A stretch of 64,000 nucleotides of DNA from Eledone cirrhosa (taxonomy: Eukaryota): contig OZ024742.1 of the NCBI GenBank assembly GCA_964016885.1, positions 226,734,001 to 226,798,000 on the forward strand. The letters are read 5' to 3'. The number at the start of each line of letters is the position of its first letter. The first letter of the stretch is position 1. This document shows, piece by piece, positions 26,959 to 40,694 of the stretch. The notes beneath the pieces were generated by a model, which was given only the letters and a program-made list of their open reading frames with translations, ran no database searches and was not told the origin of the DNA. The position numbers were made by a program, and so were the translations under genes.

Positions 26959-27146
26959 GGTTTGTTGGTTCACCACTGGATAGAACTGGTCATTCCGTAT
27001 AGTCAACCTCGATGTAATATTAGGGAGAGCACTCGATGTAATGCAACTCACCCGTCTTCGTTTGTGTTGTTGGTGGTGCGAATATGGAGTTAATTATTAT
27101 AAAATAACAGGAGGCTGGACTGGTGTAATTCCTTAAAAGGTTTATT

Positions 27147-27201
27147 ATACTATGATCATTTCAGTGACCGGGTTCAGTATGAATCCGGTGACATCAGGTA
27201 T
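27147..27201 (-). ncRNA. Hammerhead ribozyme motif (A9U deviation)
   Basis: Minus strand: auac CUGAUGU caccgg auuc..gaac ccgg.. GAAA UGAUCA UA guau. Confidence 0.68.
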
Positions 27202-27249
27202 TCGAAATTTAACAAGGGAATATAATAGGAACTATAATATATAAATAAA

Positions 27250-27291
<42 letters not shown>

Positions 27292-27329
27292 TTTATTTAT
27301 ATATTATAGTTCCTATTATATTCCCTTGT

Positions 27330-27372
<43 letters not shown>

Positions 27373-27629
27373 TTTATTTCGTCCTTCCGTTTATTCATAC
27401 TTTCTCTGTCCTCTGTTATCCTTGAATTTTAACATTTTCACATATCGTGGTATATGTAGATTAAAATCTCGTACATTTTCTGAAATTGTCTCATTTTTCC
27501 TCGGGCGCTTTATGGAAATTCAGTTCGTTCTGTGTTGTTTTTTAATTCAACGACGTGATTACCTTCCGCTCGTTATGTCTTTCACGTTGATCCAGACGAT
27601 TAAGCTGGCAAAAATGACTCGTACCTGAA

Positions 27630-27930
27630 ATTCAAAAGGCCAACCTTGTCACACACTGCGACGTTGAATTTCCTTGAGAATTACGTTAATCGTGTCGAGC
27701 CTGTGAAACGCTCAACCACTTACACACTAAAACAAGATTGACTCTACATGTCATTGAAAGGGTCGGCCCTGTCACACACTGTGTCACGCTGACTCTCCTT
27801 GAGAATTAGGTTAAAAGTACACGTATCTATGGAATGCTCAGTGATTTGCCCGTTAGTTTCATGAGCAGTCAGATCTCTTGTTAAAACAACTGCAGGAGCA
27901 CTCGTCATTGTAAGCGATAGAAGTCCAACA
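27630..27930 (+). repeat. Second dispersed SINE-associated repeat (also ~28640-28800, 39640-40080, 49200-49580, 52700-52940; minus at 51060-51280 and 57380-57600)
   Basis: Recurrent gccagccttgtcacacactgtgtcacgctgaatctccctgagaa..gtggaatgctcagccacttgcacgttaatttc. tRNA-like head at about 39640. Confidence 0.7.
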
Positions 27931-28050
27931 GCCACACAATTTAAGGACGATTTTAGTGGAAATTATTTCCGTTTATATTTTAAGTATAATGTTGTACAAT
28001 CTATAAAAATATGAAGCAATAAAGACAATCTAGTTCTGTTTATTATGTGA

Positions 28051-28238
28051 TGTGGATTGGCAGTATTGGTAGAGTGTCGGATGCTATGCTTTGGCGCATA
28101 GAGTTACGGCCCTTGCCATTCTGAGTTCAAATCCCGCCGAGGTTAACTTTGCCTTTCATCCTTACGGGGTCGATAAAATAAAGTACCAGTAATACACTGG
28201 GTAATTGTTGGCCTTCTACCTAACGTAGAAACAATTAT
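28051..28238 (+). mobile_element. tRNA-derived SINE, full length
   Basis: A box tggcagtattgg, B box gagttcaaatcc, core domain, 3' gtagaaacaattat. Confidence 0.9.
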
Positions 28239-28851
28239 GTGATATAGATTACATGGATAAAATGTGGGAAGACTTCGTAACATCTAAATGGCACTGTGTG
28301 TGTGGGTGTGTGAGTGTGTGAGGTGATGTTATGTGTGTGTGGGTGAGTGTAAATGCAACATAACCAAATATTTAAGAAGGTTGCTTGGCAATCAATATTA
28401 ATGTTTGAAAGAATGATATACTCCTAGCAGAAACACCGATCTCCTGACAATGTGTGGGCACAGCATGGCCGAATAGTTAAGAGATTTGCTTCGTAATCTT
28501 TGGGCCCCGAGTTTTATCCCACTGCGTGGCATCTTGGTAAGTGTCATTTACCTTGTCTCGGCACATGTCTTATGAGTGAAATTGGGTAGAGAGATATTGT
28601 TTGGAAACTTGTCTAATGGACTATAACTAAAATTCTAAGAGCCAGCCTTATCACACAGCGTCATGCTGAGTTTGCCTGAGAATAACGTTAAGGGTATATG
28701 TGTCTGTGGAATGCTCAGCTACTAACATGTTAATTTTATAAGCAGGGGGTTTCATTGATCGGACAACTGGAATGGTCATCATCGAAACCGATGATGGTTC
28801 ACCGATTCACGAGTGTGTGTGTGGGTGTGAAAGAGAGAGAGAGAGAGAGAG

Positions 28852-28930
<79 letters not shown>

Positions 28931-29399
28931 GTGTTGGTGGTGCTCACAAGTGGCAGCCACTAAGGAAAAGATATATTGCAAGCAACTGCCACTTATTGAT
29001 ATAAAATATATTATCTCACTCTATTCTAGGTATAACGATCTCTTAGATTATTTTTGCAACATATACCTGAATATATTTTTACGACAACTATGTTACGTTA
29101 CACACACACCCTCTTCCTTCTAGTGGTACATTTCCCTAGACCTTTAATCTTTATTTTCATCTCTTCTCTTCCACTTTCACTTCTTTCCTAACGATGAACT
29201 GATATCCGATACATGGAAGATACCGGTTTCTGGTTTAGGAAAGTCGATTAAATCGACTCAGTGCATTACTGGTACTTTATTTTATCGACCCCGTAAGAAT
29301 GAAAGGCAAAGCTAACCTCAGAAAGTAAAGTACCGTAACCCTATGCCCCAAAGCATGAAGTCTGGCCATTGACGTACAAGGTGCTTAGTAATCGACGTA

Positions 29400-30004
29400 T
29401 CTTCAGAATACGATCGTCGAGCTGCTGTTATGGAAAGCCTTCGCGCCGGCCACAAAGCCAAGCTAATCATTGAATGGTTTAAATAAACCTTACAAAAATA
29501 TATGGGGCCTCGGACGAGGACAATTTCAGACCAGAACGCAAGACTCATAAGAAGCGCTTTGGCGCTACCAAGACGCTCGAGTTCGTCCCCGACGACCTCC
29601 GCCTTGGTACCAACAACTACGTGAGATCTTTGACGAGTACGTCAAGCCCTGGATGGACAGGGTGACTAATAGGAGGCCCTAAGTCTTTCAACAGTACCCT
29701 TCCCTCACCAACAAGGCCAGGACCACACAGGCCAGGACCACCCAGTCCAGGACCACCCAGGTCTGGTTCTTCGCCAACGTGCCGTGCCACTAGCCACCCG
29801 ACTTATGCACCACTCCCTATTGCCTATTTTGTGTGGAGAGTCTTGGAGAGGAAGGTGAACAGCAGGCCCTACAACACCAAAGGAGATTGTCGAGGCAGCC
29901 ATCAAGGACGCCATGGCCAACATGGACAGAGACGCCTTTGCCAAGGCCTGCTCCATCTTCCACCAGGAGAAAGTGGTCGCCGTCGATGGAGGGCACATCG
30001 AGTG
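29400..30004 (+). pseudogene. Tc1/mariner-superfamily transposase remnant
   Basis: RRAAVMESLRAG; VKPWMDRV..VFQQ; WRVLERKVNSRPYNT; AIKDAMANMDRDAFAKAC..VAVDGGHIE. Confidence 0.75.
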
Positions 30005-30135
30005 ATTTCTACACCTTATTTATGTGTCTAACTGTGTATAAAGTCTCATTGAAATCTATATATAATATAAAAGAGAGATGTTTATTGGTTGGTTGGTTGG
30101 TTGAATCACACAAAAACTACACACACACACACATC

Positions 30136-30200
<65 letters not shown>

Positions 30201-30399
30201 GTCCCATAAAAGTCTAGAATCGACTTAAACTATAGATCAAAGTATCAGTTGAAAGTTTAATAATATTGCGTTAGCTTTATTAAAGTCATTTTACGCCAGT
30301 CTTTGATTTTACAGACCAAAAAAAAAAAAATTTGATACTATTTGAAATTAATCTACGGTATATATTTCAATATGAAAATCACCAAGAGGAAATTAGAGT

Positions 30400-30938
30400 T
30401 GCAAACTCGACGAACACAAACGACTCTTCAAGGCAAAATAAACGGGTTAAGAACTGCGTTTTCATATGATCCTAAAGTCGCGTCTTCATATGATCCTAAA
30501 GTCGCGATTGGTAGCATGGATATTACATGTGTTGCTTAGGAGGAAAGGTCAGACTTCCACCGATAGAGGACCCTCCAGCTTTTATCCATATACTGCTTAC
30601 AGACCGTATTAACGAAGCTAAACACTTCAGAAGCAATGTTATACGGTATATTGCTGCATTTCAGATGACATCCTTTGGAGCTGAAAAAGATCATACTGAC
30701 TATGGTTATTTCACAGCATTTAAAATCCAAGGCCAATGTTACCATTTAATCAACAATTTACTTCCGCAGCCTAATAAGGAAGTTTTATGATTGTTTTGTT
30801 TTTTATGTCTCTTTCTCACACACACATTATGGTCTCACCTCATACTGTAAACCAGACAACACATTCAATACAGTCGTTTTCTCTTTTATCCGTATTCTCT
30901 TAACTGTTCTCCTGGGCGAAGCCGGGTACCTCAGCTAG
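30400..30938 (+). mobile_element. Helitron deletion derivative (Rep-helicase N-terminal fragment + 3' hairpin/CTAG)
   Basis: CCLGGKVRLP..PP..FRSNVIRYIAAFQMTSFGA..FKIQGQCYH. 3' end cctgggcgaagccggg..gctag. Confidence 0.85.
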
Positions 30939-31125
30939 TTTATTAGATAAAAAAGGGTGCTTTTATTATCTATTAATTTTTTTCTGGGTTTATCTGCGCC
31001 ACACTGTGTGTATGTATATGTGTGTGGGTGTGTGTGGGTGGAGGTGGGGGGGATTTATACTCATAAAAATGATAGTAAATTGCTGAAACAATTGTATAAA
31101 GAACAAAAAACTTGTAAAATATAAA

Positions 31126-31314
31126 ATAATTGTTTCTACGTTAGGCACAAGGCCAGCAATTACCCAGTGTATTACTGGTACTTTATTTTATCGACCCCGT
31201 AAGGATGAAAGGCAAAGTTAACCTCGGCGGGATTTGAACTCAGAATGGCAAGGGCCGTAACTCTACGCGTCAAAGCATGGTGTCCGACCCTCTACTGATA
31301 CTGCCAATCCACCG
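31126..31314 (-). mobile_element. tRNA-derived SINE
   Basis: Reverse complement of the 28051 copy. Confidence 0.9.
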
Positions 31315-31400
31315 CAGTATATTTCACAAAATAATGTTATGAAATATATTGCATTATATTACTTTTTGTTTAACTCAACGATCTGAAGGGGGACATTCCT

Positions 31401-31496
<96 letters not shown>

Positions 31497-31503
31497 CGTT
31501 TCT

Positions 31504-31823
31504 GAATTTGTCACAGAATTTGAAGAGGTCACAGAATGTGTGACGAAAGAACTTTGACAATATATGAACAATCGTCTGGTTGTGGAACCAACCAACCGGA
31601 AATTTATAAATTCCTAAATTTATAAATTTAATTTATAATAAATTGAAGTGAAAGCAACTGGTGTGTGTGTTTCTTATTGGCAACATGACCATAAATAAAA
31701 TTTATAAATTTAGGAATTTATAAATTTCCGGTTGGTTGGTTCCACAACCAGACGATTGTTCATATATTGTCAAAGTTCTTTCGTCACACATTCTGTGACC
31801 TCTTCAAATTCTGTGACAAATTC
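31504..31823. repeat. Perfect inverted repeat, ~126-bp arms with ~68-bp spacer
   Basis: 31504-31629 is reverse-complementary to 31698-31823. Confidence 0.9.
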
Positions 31824-31931
31824 CAGTTCCTCAGTGAAATAACAACCCAACCAGGAACTGGGCATATCAGAGTATTGACAATATTATACACCTCAACAAC
31901 ATATGTTCTTGTCTATACCATACTAATTCAA

Positions 31932-31986
31932 ACTGCCTGAAGAGGTCACAGCCAAAGATGGCTGTCACTGAAATATATATAGCAGT
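31932..31986 (+). ncRNA. Type I hammerhead ribozyme
   Basis: acugc CUGAAGA gg uc acagcca aaga uggcugu ca cu GAAA UAUAUA UA gcagu. Stem-loop follows at 32043-32082. Confidence 0.9.
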
Positions 31987-32129
31987 AATAAACGAAGCTA
32001 AATTTTAATCATTTGACTTTTTATTTAACTTTATTTTACACTACTCCGGAGTAACCAAACCAACCTGCGCACTTCGTCGAGTGGTCCAGCCTGCGTACTG
32101 AGGTGTTGGTATACAACCAACATAAACTC

Positions 32130-32280
<151 letters not shown>

Positions 32281-32331
32281 AGGAATGTCCCCCTTCAGAT
32301 CGTTGAGTTAAACAAAAAGTAATATAATGCA

Positions 32332-32370
<39 letters not shown>

Positions 32371-32376
<6 letters not shown>

Positions 32377-33445
32377 TAACAGATTAAAGTTTATGCAAAG
32401 AATCGTTGCTCTCACCCTTACCGGGATCTTCTGAAACTAAAAAAAATCAATCTGTGAACGCAGAAGTAAATATTTAAAAAAAGTTGCAACCGGACAGGAA
32501 GACAATACTTTGGTTCGTGGAAACGTTCTTTGGCAAATAACGGAAAAAACAAAGATAATACGTCATCATGTGGAGCGGTGAGAACAATTGCACGCAAAGA
32601 CAAAACCACGTATGTGGTTATGTGTATACGCGAGTTTTGTGTCTGTGTAAGTATGCGGGTTAGTACGTATGTAGGGTGTGTGTATATGTATGCTTTGTGT
32701 TTTGGTCGACGTACGTCTGCGAACATATGTGTATTTACATGTTGGTATGTGTGTGCGCGCGTTATATACGTATTTATTTATTTATATACGTTTATTTAAC
32801 TATATGTATACACGCACACACACACATATTTTTTTTATATATATTTTTATGTGTATTTCATGTATTCGTTCGTATGTGCGCGGGTACAGGCGTTGCGTGG
32901 GTTCTGTATGTGCGTGCCGGTTTTTGTTGTGTACGTGCTTGTATTTGTATACCTATGGCGAGTGTTTTCGCGTATGCTTGTGTATGTACGTATTTGGATG
33001 CGTGTATGTAATTATTTAATTTCAATTACCTCTGTATTTTATTTACTTTATTTACTCTGAAGCCAAGAATCATTCGGTTTCTTAGTTAGAATTTTAGTCT
33101 ACGACTTCAGTTATACCATTTACGTGGTTTTGTCTTTGCGTGCAATTGTTCTCCGCGCTCCACATGATGACGTATTATCTTTGTTTTTTCCGTTTTGGGC
33201 CAGAGAACGTTTCCACGAACCAAAGTATTGTCTTCCTGTCTTCCTCCGGTTGCAACGTTTTTTGAAATATTTACTTCTGCGTTCACAGATTGACTTTTTT
33301 AGTTTCAAAAGATCCCGTTAAGGGTGAAAGCAGCGATTCTTTGCTTAAATTTTAATCTGTTATTTTAATAAATATTTGCTCTACGGTTCTTAATAATTTG
33401 ATATATATTTATCCTTATCGAGCCCTCTTTGGATTTTAGTCTTCA

Positions 33446-33450
<5 letters not shown>
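32371..33450 (+). mobile_element. Family A fold-back element: tail-less inverted arm 32371-32610 + tailed arm, between (TA)n tracts
   Basis: 32371-32610 is the inverse of 33122-33369. No credible ORF. Confidence 0.85.
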
Positions 33451-33519
<69 letters not shown>

Positions 33520-33525
<6 letters not shown>

Positions 33526-34300
33526 TAACAGATTAAAATTTAAGCAAAGAATCGCTGCTTTCACCCTTAACGGGATCTTCTGAAACTAAAACAAAATTAA
33601 TCTGCGAACGCAGAAGTAAATATTTCGAAAAATGTTGCAACCGAAGGAAGACAGGAAGACGATACTTTGGTTCGTGGAAACGTTCCCTGGCATGGACGAA
33701 AAAAAACGATGATAATACGTCATTATTTGGAGCGGTGAAAACAATTATACGCAAAGACAAAACCAAGTTTATGGTATAACTGAAGTCGTAGACTAAAATT
33801 CTATTTAGGAAACCGAATGATTCTCGGCTTCAGAGTTAAGAATAATGTAAATAAATTACAGAGATTATTGAAATCAACAATAATTAAAAATATAGATGCA
33901 CGCATTCATATACGTACATACACACGCATACGCGGAAACATCCGCCATGGGTGTGCAAATACAGGCACGTACACAAAACCTCGCGCACACATACAAAAAC
34001 CCACGCAACGCCTGTACCCGCACACGTACGAACGTATACACCAAATACACATAAAACATATATAAAAAATATATATATATACATGTGTGCGTGCGCGTAT
34101 ACATATAATTATATAAACGTATATAAATTTGCACACATAAATACGTATATAATGCGCACACACACACCCACATGTAGATACACATATGTTAGCTAAACGA
34201 ACGTCAACCAAAACACAAAGTACACATATACACACACCCTACATACGTGCAAACCCGCATAGACACACAAATGCAATACACACGTATAAAATACACATAA
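33520..34300 (-). mobile_element. Family A tail-less copy
   Basis: Reverse complement of about 32615-33369. Starts at the same boundary as 32371. Confidence 0.85.
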
Positions 34301-34657
34301 CCATATACACATGTACCAGTATATATAATATAATATATACGCCTATAACAAATACAAGCAAATATACATACGAGAAAGTATACGTACCTTCACAAAACAT
34401 ACAGGTAATATGTACTTACCTATACAAATATATCCTCTCCTCCTCTCTCTCCTCTCCCCCTCTCTCTGTTGATTTCAAAAGCATACATTTATGTGTGTGT
34501 GTGTAAAATGTGACACACACTCACACACACAAACACAGACACAGACACACACACATATGTATATATATATATATATACACGCACATATTATCGCATATAT
34601 ATATTTCCTTCCTCTCATCACTCTTTACTTTCTAGTTATCTTCTATTTCTAGCTCTA

Positions 34658-34693
34658 TCTTCTGGTGAAAGGCTAGTGTCCGAAACGTTAAGA
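34658..34693 (+). ncRNA. Minimal hammerhead motif (A6G); degenerate relative on minus at ~21557-21592
   Basis: ucuu CUGGUGA aagg cuagugu cc GAAA CG UU aaga. Confidence 0.6.
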
Positions 34694-34782
34694 CTCTCTC
34701 CCTGCTATTTCAAGCTTTAAACTAATATATTTTTCCATGTACTGTGCTGTTTGTTTTGTTATTTTTGTTATTTCTGTTTACC

Positions 34783-34864
<82 letters not shown>

Positions 34865-35217
34865 GTATGTGAAAATATATTTACTCGCTTTACATCGGAA
34901 TGGTACTACTTTACCAATGTCATATCAACATAGCAACATTACATTACTTCTGATATCACATGATATAATGATATAACCATTGCATGATTACTAACCATCA
35001 TGACATTGAAATACGTATAATGCAATAAAACAATTATGGAAACACAACATGTGTCTTAACATTATTTAGTAAATGGAAATTCCATCAGACTTAATCGCCA
35101 CCATAATCCTGGAGATATACGACTGAAATGGAGTGATTTTTAGCTGCTTAAACCGGATTATCTTCGCGGCATTATAAAGTTACCTTCATGGATAAACACC
35201 CTAATTATCTGTATCAG

Positions 35218-35287
<70 letters not shown>

Positions 35288-35299
35288 TAATCTATATTA

Positions 35300-35365
35300 T
35301 ATTTTATCTGATGAAAGCGCACCATAATCTGCCTTGGTGGCCCTTGAAATATGTATAATAAAATA
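35300..35365 (+). ncRNA. Type I hammerhead ribozyme (family B-related), element 35283-35500 in (TA)n
   Basis: uauuuuau CUGAUGA aag..cacca...uggug..cuu GAAA UAUGUA UA auaaaaua. Confidence 0.85.
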
Positions 35366-35495
35366 AATATGGTTTTATAAATATAGTTTCCATTTGTTAA
35401 TATATTGTATATTTACTCCAATAATGTCTTGAGTGCTTTGTATCAGTTATAAAAATATTTTGCTTGTTGTATCCCAACAAATTAAATATAACCTC

Positions 35496-35554
<59 letters not shown>

Positions 35555-35559
<5 letters not shown>

Positions 35560-35758
35560 AACGAGTAGGACCCCGACGGCTGAGCTCAAGCCGTTTCGAC
35601 GGCTAATTCTGGACGCATGAGTCCAGAATTAGCCGTCGAAACGGCTTGAGCTCAGCCGTCGGGGGTCCTACTCGTTCCTATTACCCACTCTACTACCCTA
35701 AGTATTGAGTACTTTGGTGCGTTATGGTCCACCTGGTTCCTTACCACATTTCCTCCGT
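35555..35758 (+). mobile_element. Family D mini fold-back (palindrome 35555-35681 + tail) in (TA)n
   Basis: Arms are inverted around 35617. Stem-loop at 35687-35710. Confidence 0.88.
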
Positions 35759-36354
<596 letters not shown>

Positions 36355-36703
36355 TAGGGTTTTCGTATATGACACTTACTTGTGTCGTACTCTGTAGTCA
36401 TATATATATATATATATATAAGGATAAAGATCCCATAACTTTGTGGAGTGGTAGAGGCACCGTCAAACGTCGTGTCTAGGGCACTGTTAAACCTGGTGGA
36501 GCCCAACCCTCTCCAGATCTGAACACAACCGATTTTCCTCTATAGAGAAAGAACGACTCAAGTACTGAACTGCTACTTTTTTTATCGACTTCAAAAGGAT
36601 GAAAGGCAAAGTTGACCTCGGCTGGATTTGAACCATTCTTTCTGACGTCTTAACGACTCTGCCAGTTCGCCTATATATATATGTGTGTGTGTGTGAGAGA
36701 GAG

Positions 36704-36750
<47 letters not shown>

Positions 36751-36805
36751 TAGTATGTGTGTGTGTGTGTGTGAGAGAGAGAGTGTGTGTGTGTGTGTGT
36801 GAGAG

Positions 36806-36851
<46 letters not shown>

Positions 36852-36935
36852 TGTGTGTGTGTGTGTGCGAGAGAGAGAGAGAGAGAGTGTGTGTGTGAGA
36901 GAGAGAGAGAGTGTGTGTGTGTGTGTGAGAGAGAG

Positions 36936-36972
<37 letters not shown>

Positions 36973-37182
36973 ACATTATAAATATATCATAAACGCACAT
37001 ACATGGATATACACATACATACATACATACATACATACATACATACATACATGCATACACGTATACACACATACATACATACATACATGCATACATGCAT
37101 ACATACATACATACATACATGCATACATGCATACATACATACATACATACATACATACATACATACATACATACACACATAC

Positions 37183-37213
<31 letters not shown>

Positions 37214-37732
37214 CATACATACATACATACATACATACATACATACATACATACATCATACATACTTACATACATACATTTGTAAGTGTGTCTTCGAGCG
37301 TAAAAATATATCTAAATTGTTAAACAATGGAAGACAAATCACAACAAACATCCATGCAATCCGGATGAATTCTTTCATTCAACAGCATAAAGGAACAGAG
37401 ACAAAAATGTTACTTCACTTCCTCTGCTATGGCACCATTGTTAATAAACGATAGGTGCCCTTTTTTGTCGCCATAGCTTCTAATGTATTCTTCTGCAGAA
37501 GCTCATTGTCTGCTTTGATTTCACATCACTGGTCATACTGTGATTATTATCGTCCTGTTGGTTCTTTGTCTTATAGAGGACAAAATCTAATAATAAATCG
37601 TTCTCAAACCGAGACACTGTCGCATGTTTAACGCAGAGGAGCGGAAGATAACTAAATTGCCAGCTTTGACTAATAATTTCCATTTTGTGTCGGTTGTTGT
37701 CAAAACCTTCCTCCGGTGTCCTCTGTCTCCGG

Positions 37733-37994
37733 CAGGGTTGGATTTTAACTTTGGACCAAGGGCACTTCAGGTTTGGGGAGCCCCTCATATACAAAAAATT
37801 AGAATACACAGCAAGCCCCTCAATTTTACATATCAAAGTTAACTTGGTGTTAAATTCAAAAATTTTAACCATCCTAAAACTAAAAAGCCCAGCTGAGGGT
37901 TCATAAATAAATTGCTATGGTCATCGCTTGAGGAGCCCCTCACTGCAGGGGGTGGTGCAATTGCCCCCTTTTCCCTCTATTAAATCCGGCCCTG
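37733..37994. mobile_element. hAT-type MITE
   Basis: Imperfect TIRs cagggttggattt / aaatccggccctg with 8-bp TSD gtctccgg / gtctccag. Confidence 0.75.
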
Positions 37995-38574
37995 GTCTCC
38001 AGACAGCAGTTTTCCTTCGCAAAATCGGGATGAAGGCATCTTACCTGAAGAAGAAGCCTCTTGATATGAAATGATTGATGTAATGGTTATCGCTGACTGT
38101 CCTCTCGCTATCGTAGCCACGAAGCTGCCGGAAATGTGTATGTAAACATATTTATATATGTTTATATGTATGAAGCGGTACAGAATTTAATCGAAGCTGC
38201 GAAAAATATGTATATAAAAATACATTTAAACATGTAAATATGTTTACGTGTTTTTGTTTTGTAGTGTTTCCTTGTTTATTTGCATGACCATTTGTGAAGG
38301 CAGGAATGGAAGTCGTGACCTTATGATCGTGAGTAGAACATCCTAACGCCTAAGCCATACGCCCTTAGCCCAGAGTACAATATAAAGTTGACTGTATCCA
38401 AATAAGAGTTACTGATTCCAATGTGTACATACTGAAATCATGCTTATTCCAACTTCCAAATATTTAGTTAATGAAAAATATGTCTTTCCCTGTGTTGTTA
38501 ATCGGCTTCAAATTTGGCTTCTTTTGCTGGTGGCTTTTCATTTTTTATGGAAAGTCATTCACAACAAGACAGCA

Positions 38575-38740
38575 ACCAGCAATGCACCAGACCCCAACAG
38601 ACCAGCCAGTAACCAACAATGCACCAGACCCCAACAGACCAGCCAGTAACCAGCAATACAGCAGGCCCCCAAAAGACAGTCAATAACCAGTAATACATAA
38701 GACCCCAACATCAGTTAGTAACCAGCAATACAATAGACCC
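38575..38740. repeat. Minisatellite, ~37-bp unit x ~4.5
   Basis: Variants of aaccagcaatgcaccagaccccaacagaccagccagt. Confidence 0.8.
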
Positions 38741-40122
38741 CATGTAATGACATATATAGTCGAAGTTACAAAAGTAAAGGCTACAAAAAAAAAAAAAAGG
38801 AAAAGAAAGAAAATCTTACGAGACACTGCCCTTAAAATCAGCAAACGATCAGCAGAATGTTTGTAAGGATTAGGATTATAATCAATCAGGAAAATAAGAT
38901 AAAGAAAAAGAATTTCATAAGACAGATGTTTGAGGAAAGAAACTACTGGAGTAGAGATTCTTCTTACAAGAGGAGATAACCACCGTGAAAGGATAAGAAT
39001 TGGTAGAAAGAGGAGTCATACGATTAGTAACCTTAAAAGGAGGAACAACTGAAGAAAGTTTAGTAGAACAACGATCATAGAAATATTTATAGAATAGAGA
39101 TAAAGAAGCAATGCCTTGGCGATTACAGAGGTGGAGGGTTGAAGTTTAGCTGCCAAAACAGGACCAACCATGTTAGGAATTCTTCTTACAAGAGGGAATA
39201 CCACAATATCCTGCTGCTGAGAGTATGGGGTTAAGTTAAGCTGGCAAAACAGGGTTAGCAATATTAAACACTTACGATTAACATGTGTCTTTGATCGTCC
39301 ACCCGAATCATGTGACGTGGACATGTTCACAATTTCACCACGCTACGTTCGTCAGCCATTTTAATGAGAAACCCAATTGATCATAATGTTAATAATTTCA
39401 TTGTTTCCTAATCAACTATTTTGTCATCTAAATCAACAAAACGAAAAAGTTTCGAACATTTTAAATCGAGATTTATTAATATAACATAATTTGAAAAAAT
39501 TACTAAGTCGAACGTAATTTATTGTTTTTCTCCGCGAGTTTATGATTAGATTTTAAATGAGATTATTGGCTTACTAATCGAATATTCATTGGAAATTGAT
39601 TTACTGTTCGAAGATGAACTTTTACAGACAGACCCAATGAAGGCTTAGTGGTTAGGCTGTTCGACTCACGTTCGCAAGATTGTGAGTTCAATTGCTGGAC
39701 TGGGTAACACATAGTGTCTATGAGCAAGGCACTTCATTTCACGTTCTTCAATACACTCAACTGGGGCCAGCCTTCTAATACACTGTTTTACACAGATTCT
39801 TCATGGGAACTACGTTATGGTTACACGTGTCTGTGGAATGCTCAGCCACTTGCTCTATAATATAACAGGGACTGTACATGCAATTTTAAGGGCCAGCCTT
39901 ATCACACACTGTGTCATTATGAATCTCCCCGAGAACTGTGTTATAGTTGCACGTGTCTGTGGAATGCTCAGTCACTTGCTCTATAATATAACATGGACTG
40001 TAAATGTAATTCAAAGTGTCAGCCTTGTCACACACTGTGTCACGCTGAATCTCCCTGAGAACAACGTTAAGCGTACGTGGCTATAGTATATTTTCCTTAT
40101 TGTATACTTCTGTTCAATTATA

Positions 40123-40335
40123 AATAATGGTTTCTGATTTAGGCACAAGGCCTTGGGGGGGGGGAGTCAATTAAATCGACCCCAGTGCGTGACTGGTACT
40201 TTATTTTATCGACCCCGTAAGGATAAAAGGCAAAGTTAACCTCGGCGGGATTTGAACTCAGACCGTAAAGGGACGTAACTCTATGCTGGAAAGCATGGCG
40301 TCCGACCCTCTACCGATACTGCCAACCCACCGCCC
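40123..40335 (-). mobile_element. tRNA-derived SINE, full length, with apparent TSD (tgttcaattata.ataat)
   Basis: SINE core. tgttcaattataaataatg at ~40111 recurs as tgttcaattatagataatg at ~40337. Confidence 0.9.
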
Positions 40336-40596
40336 TTGTTCAATTATAGATAATGAGAAATTTTGAATTGTTTGTTCTTGTTTGTATTTTTGGTGATGTT
40401 TTTTTTTCTTCATATAATTTACGATAAGCTGAAAGAGCAGGTCAGGGAATCATTAGCATTGGTGATATTAAAACTATGTGGACAGTGATTGATTTGATTG
40501 TTTCAAATCACATCGAAATCAATAACTAATAACCAATCAATCGATTAGCAATACTTTGCCATCACAGAAGATAGACTAATATAGAAATAAATGAAA

Positions 40597-40667
<71 letters not shown>

Positions 40668-40694
40668 CGTGCGTGTGATATATATATATATATA

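Noticed and set aside
28051-28140. tRNA gene
   Set aside because: A and B boxes belong to SINE heads; no cloverleaf.
38575-38740. 37-bp repeats as a CRISPR-like array
   Set aside because: No spacers; contiguous degenerate minisatellite in eukaryotic DNA.
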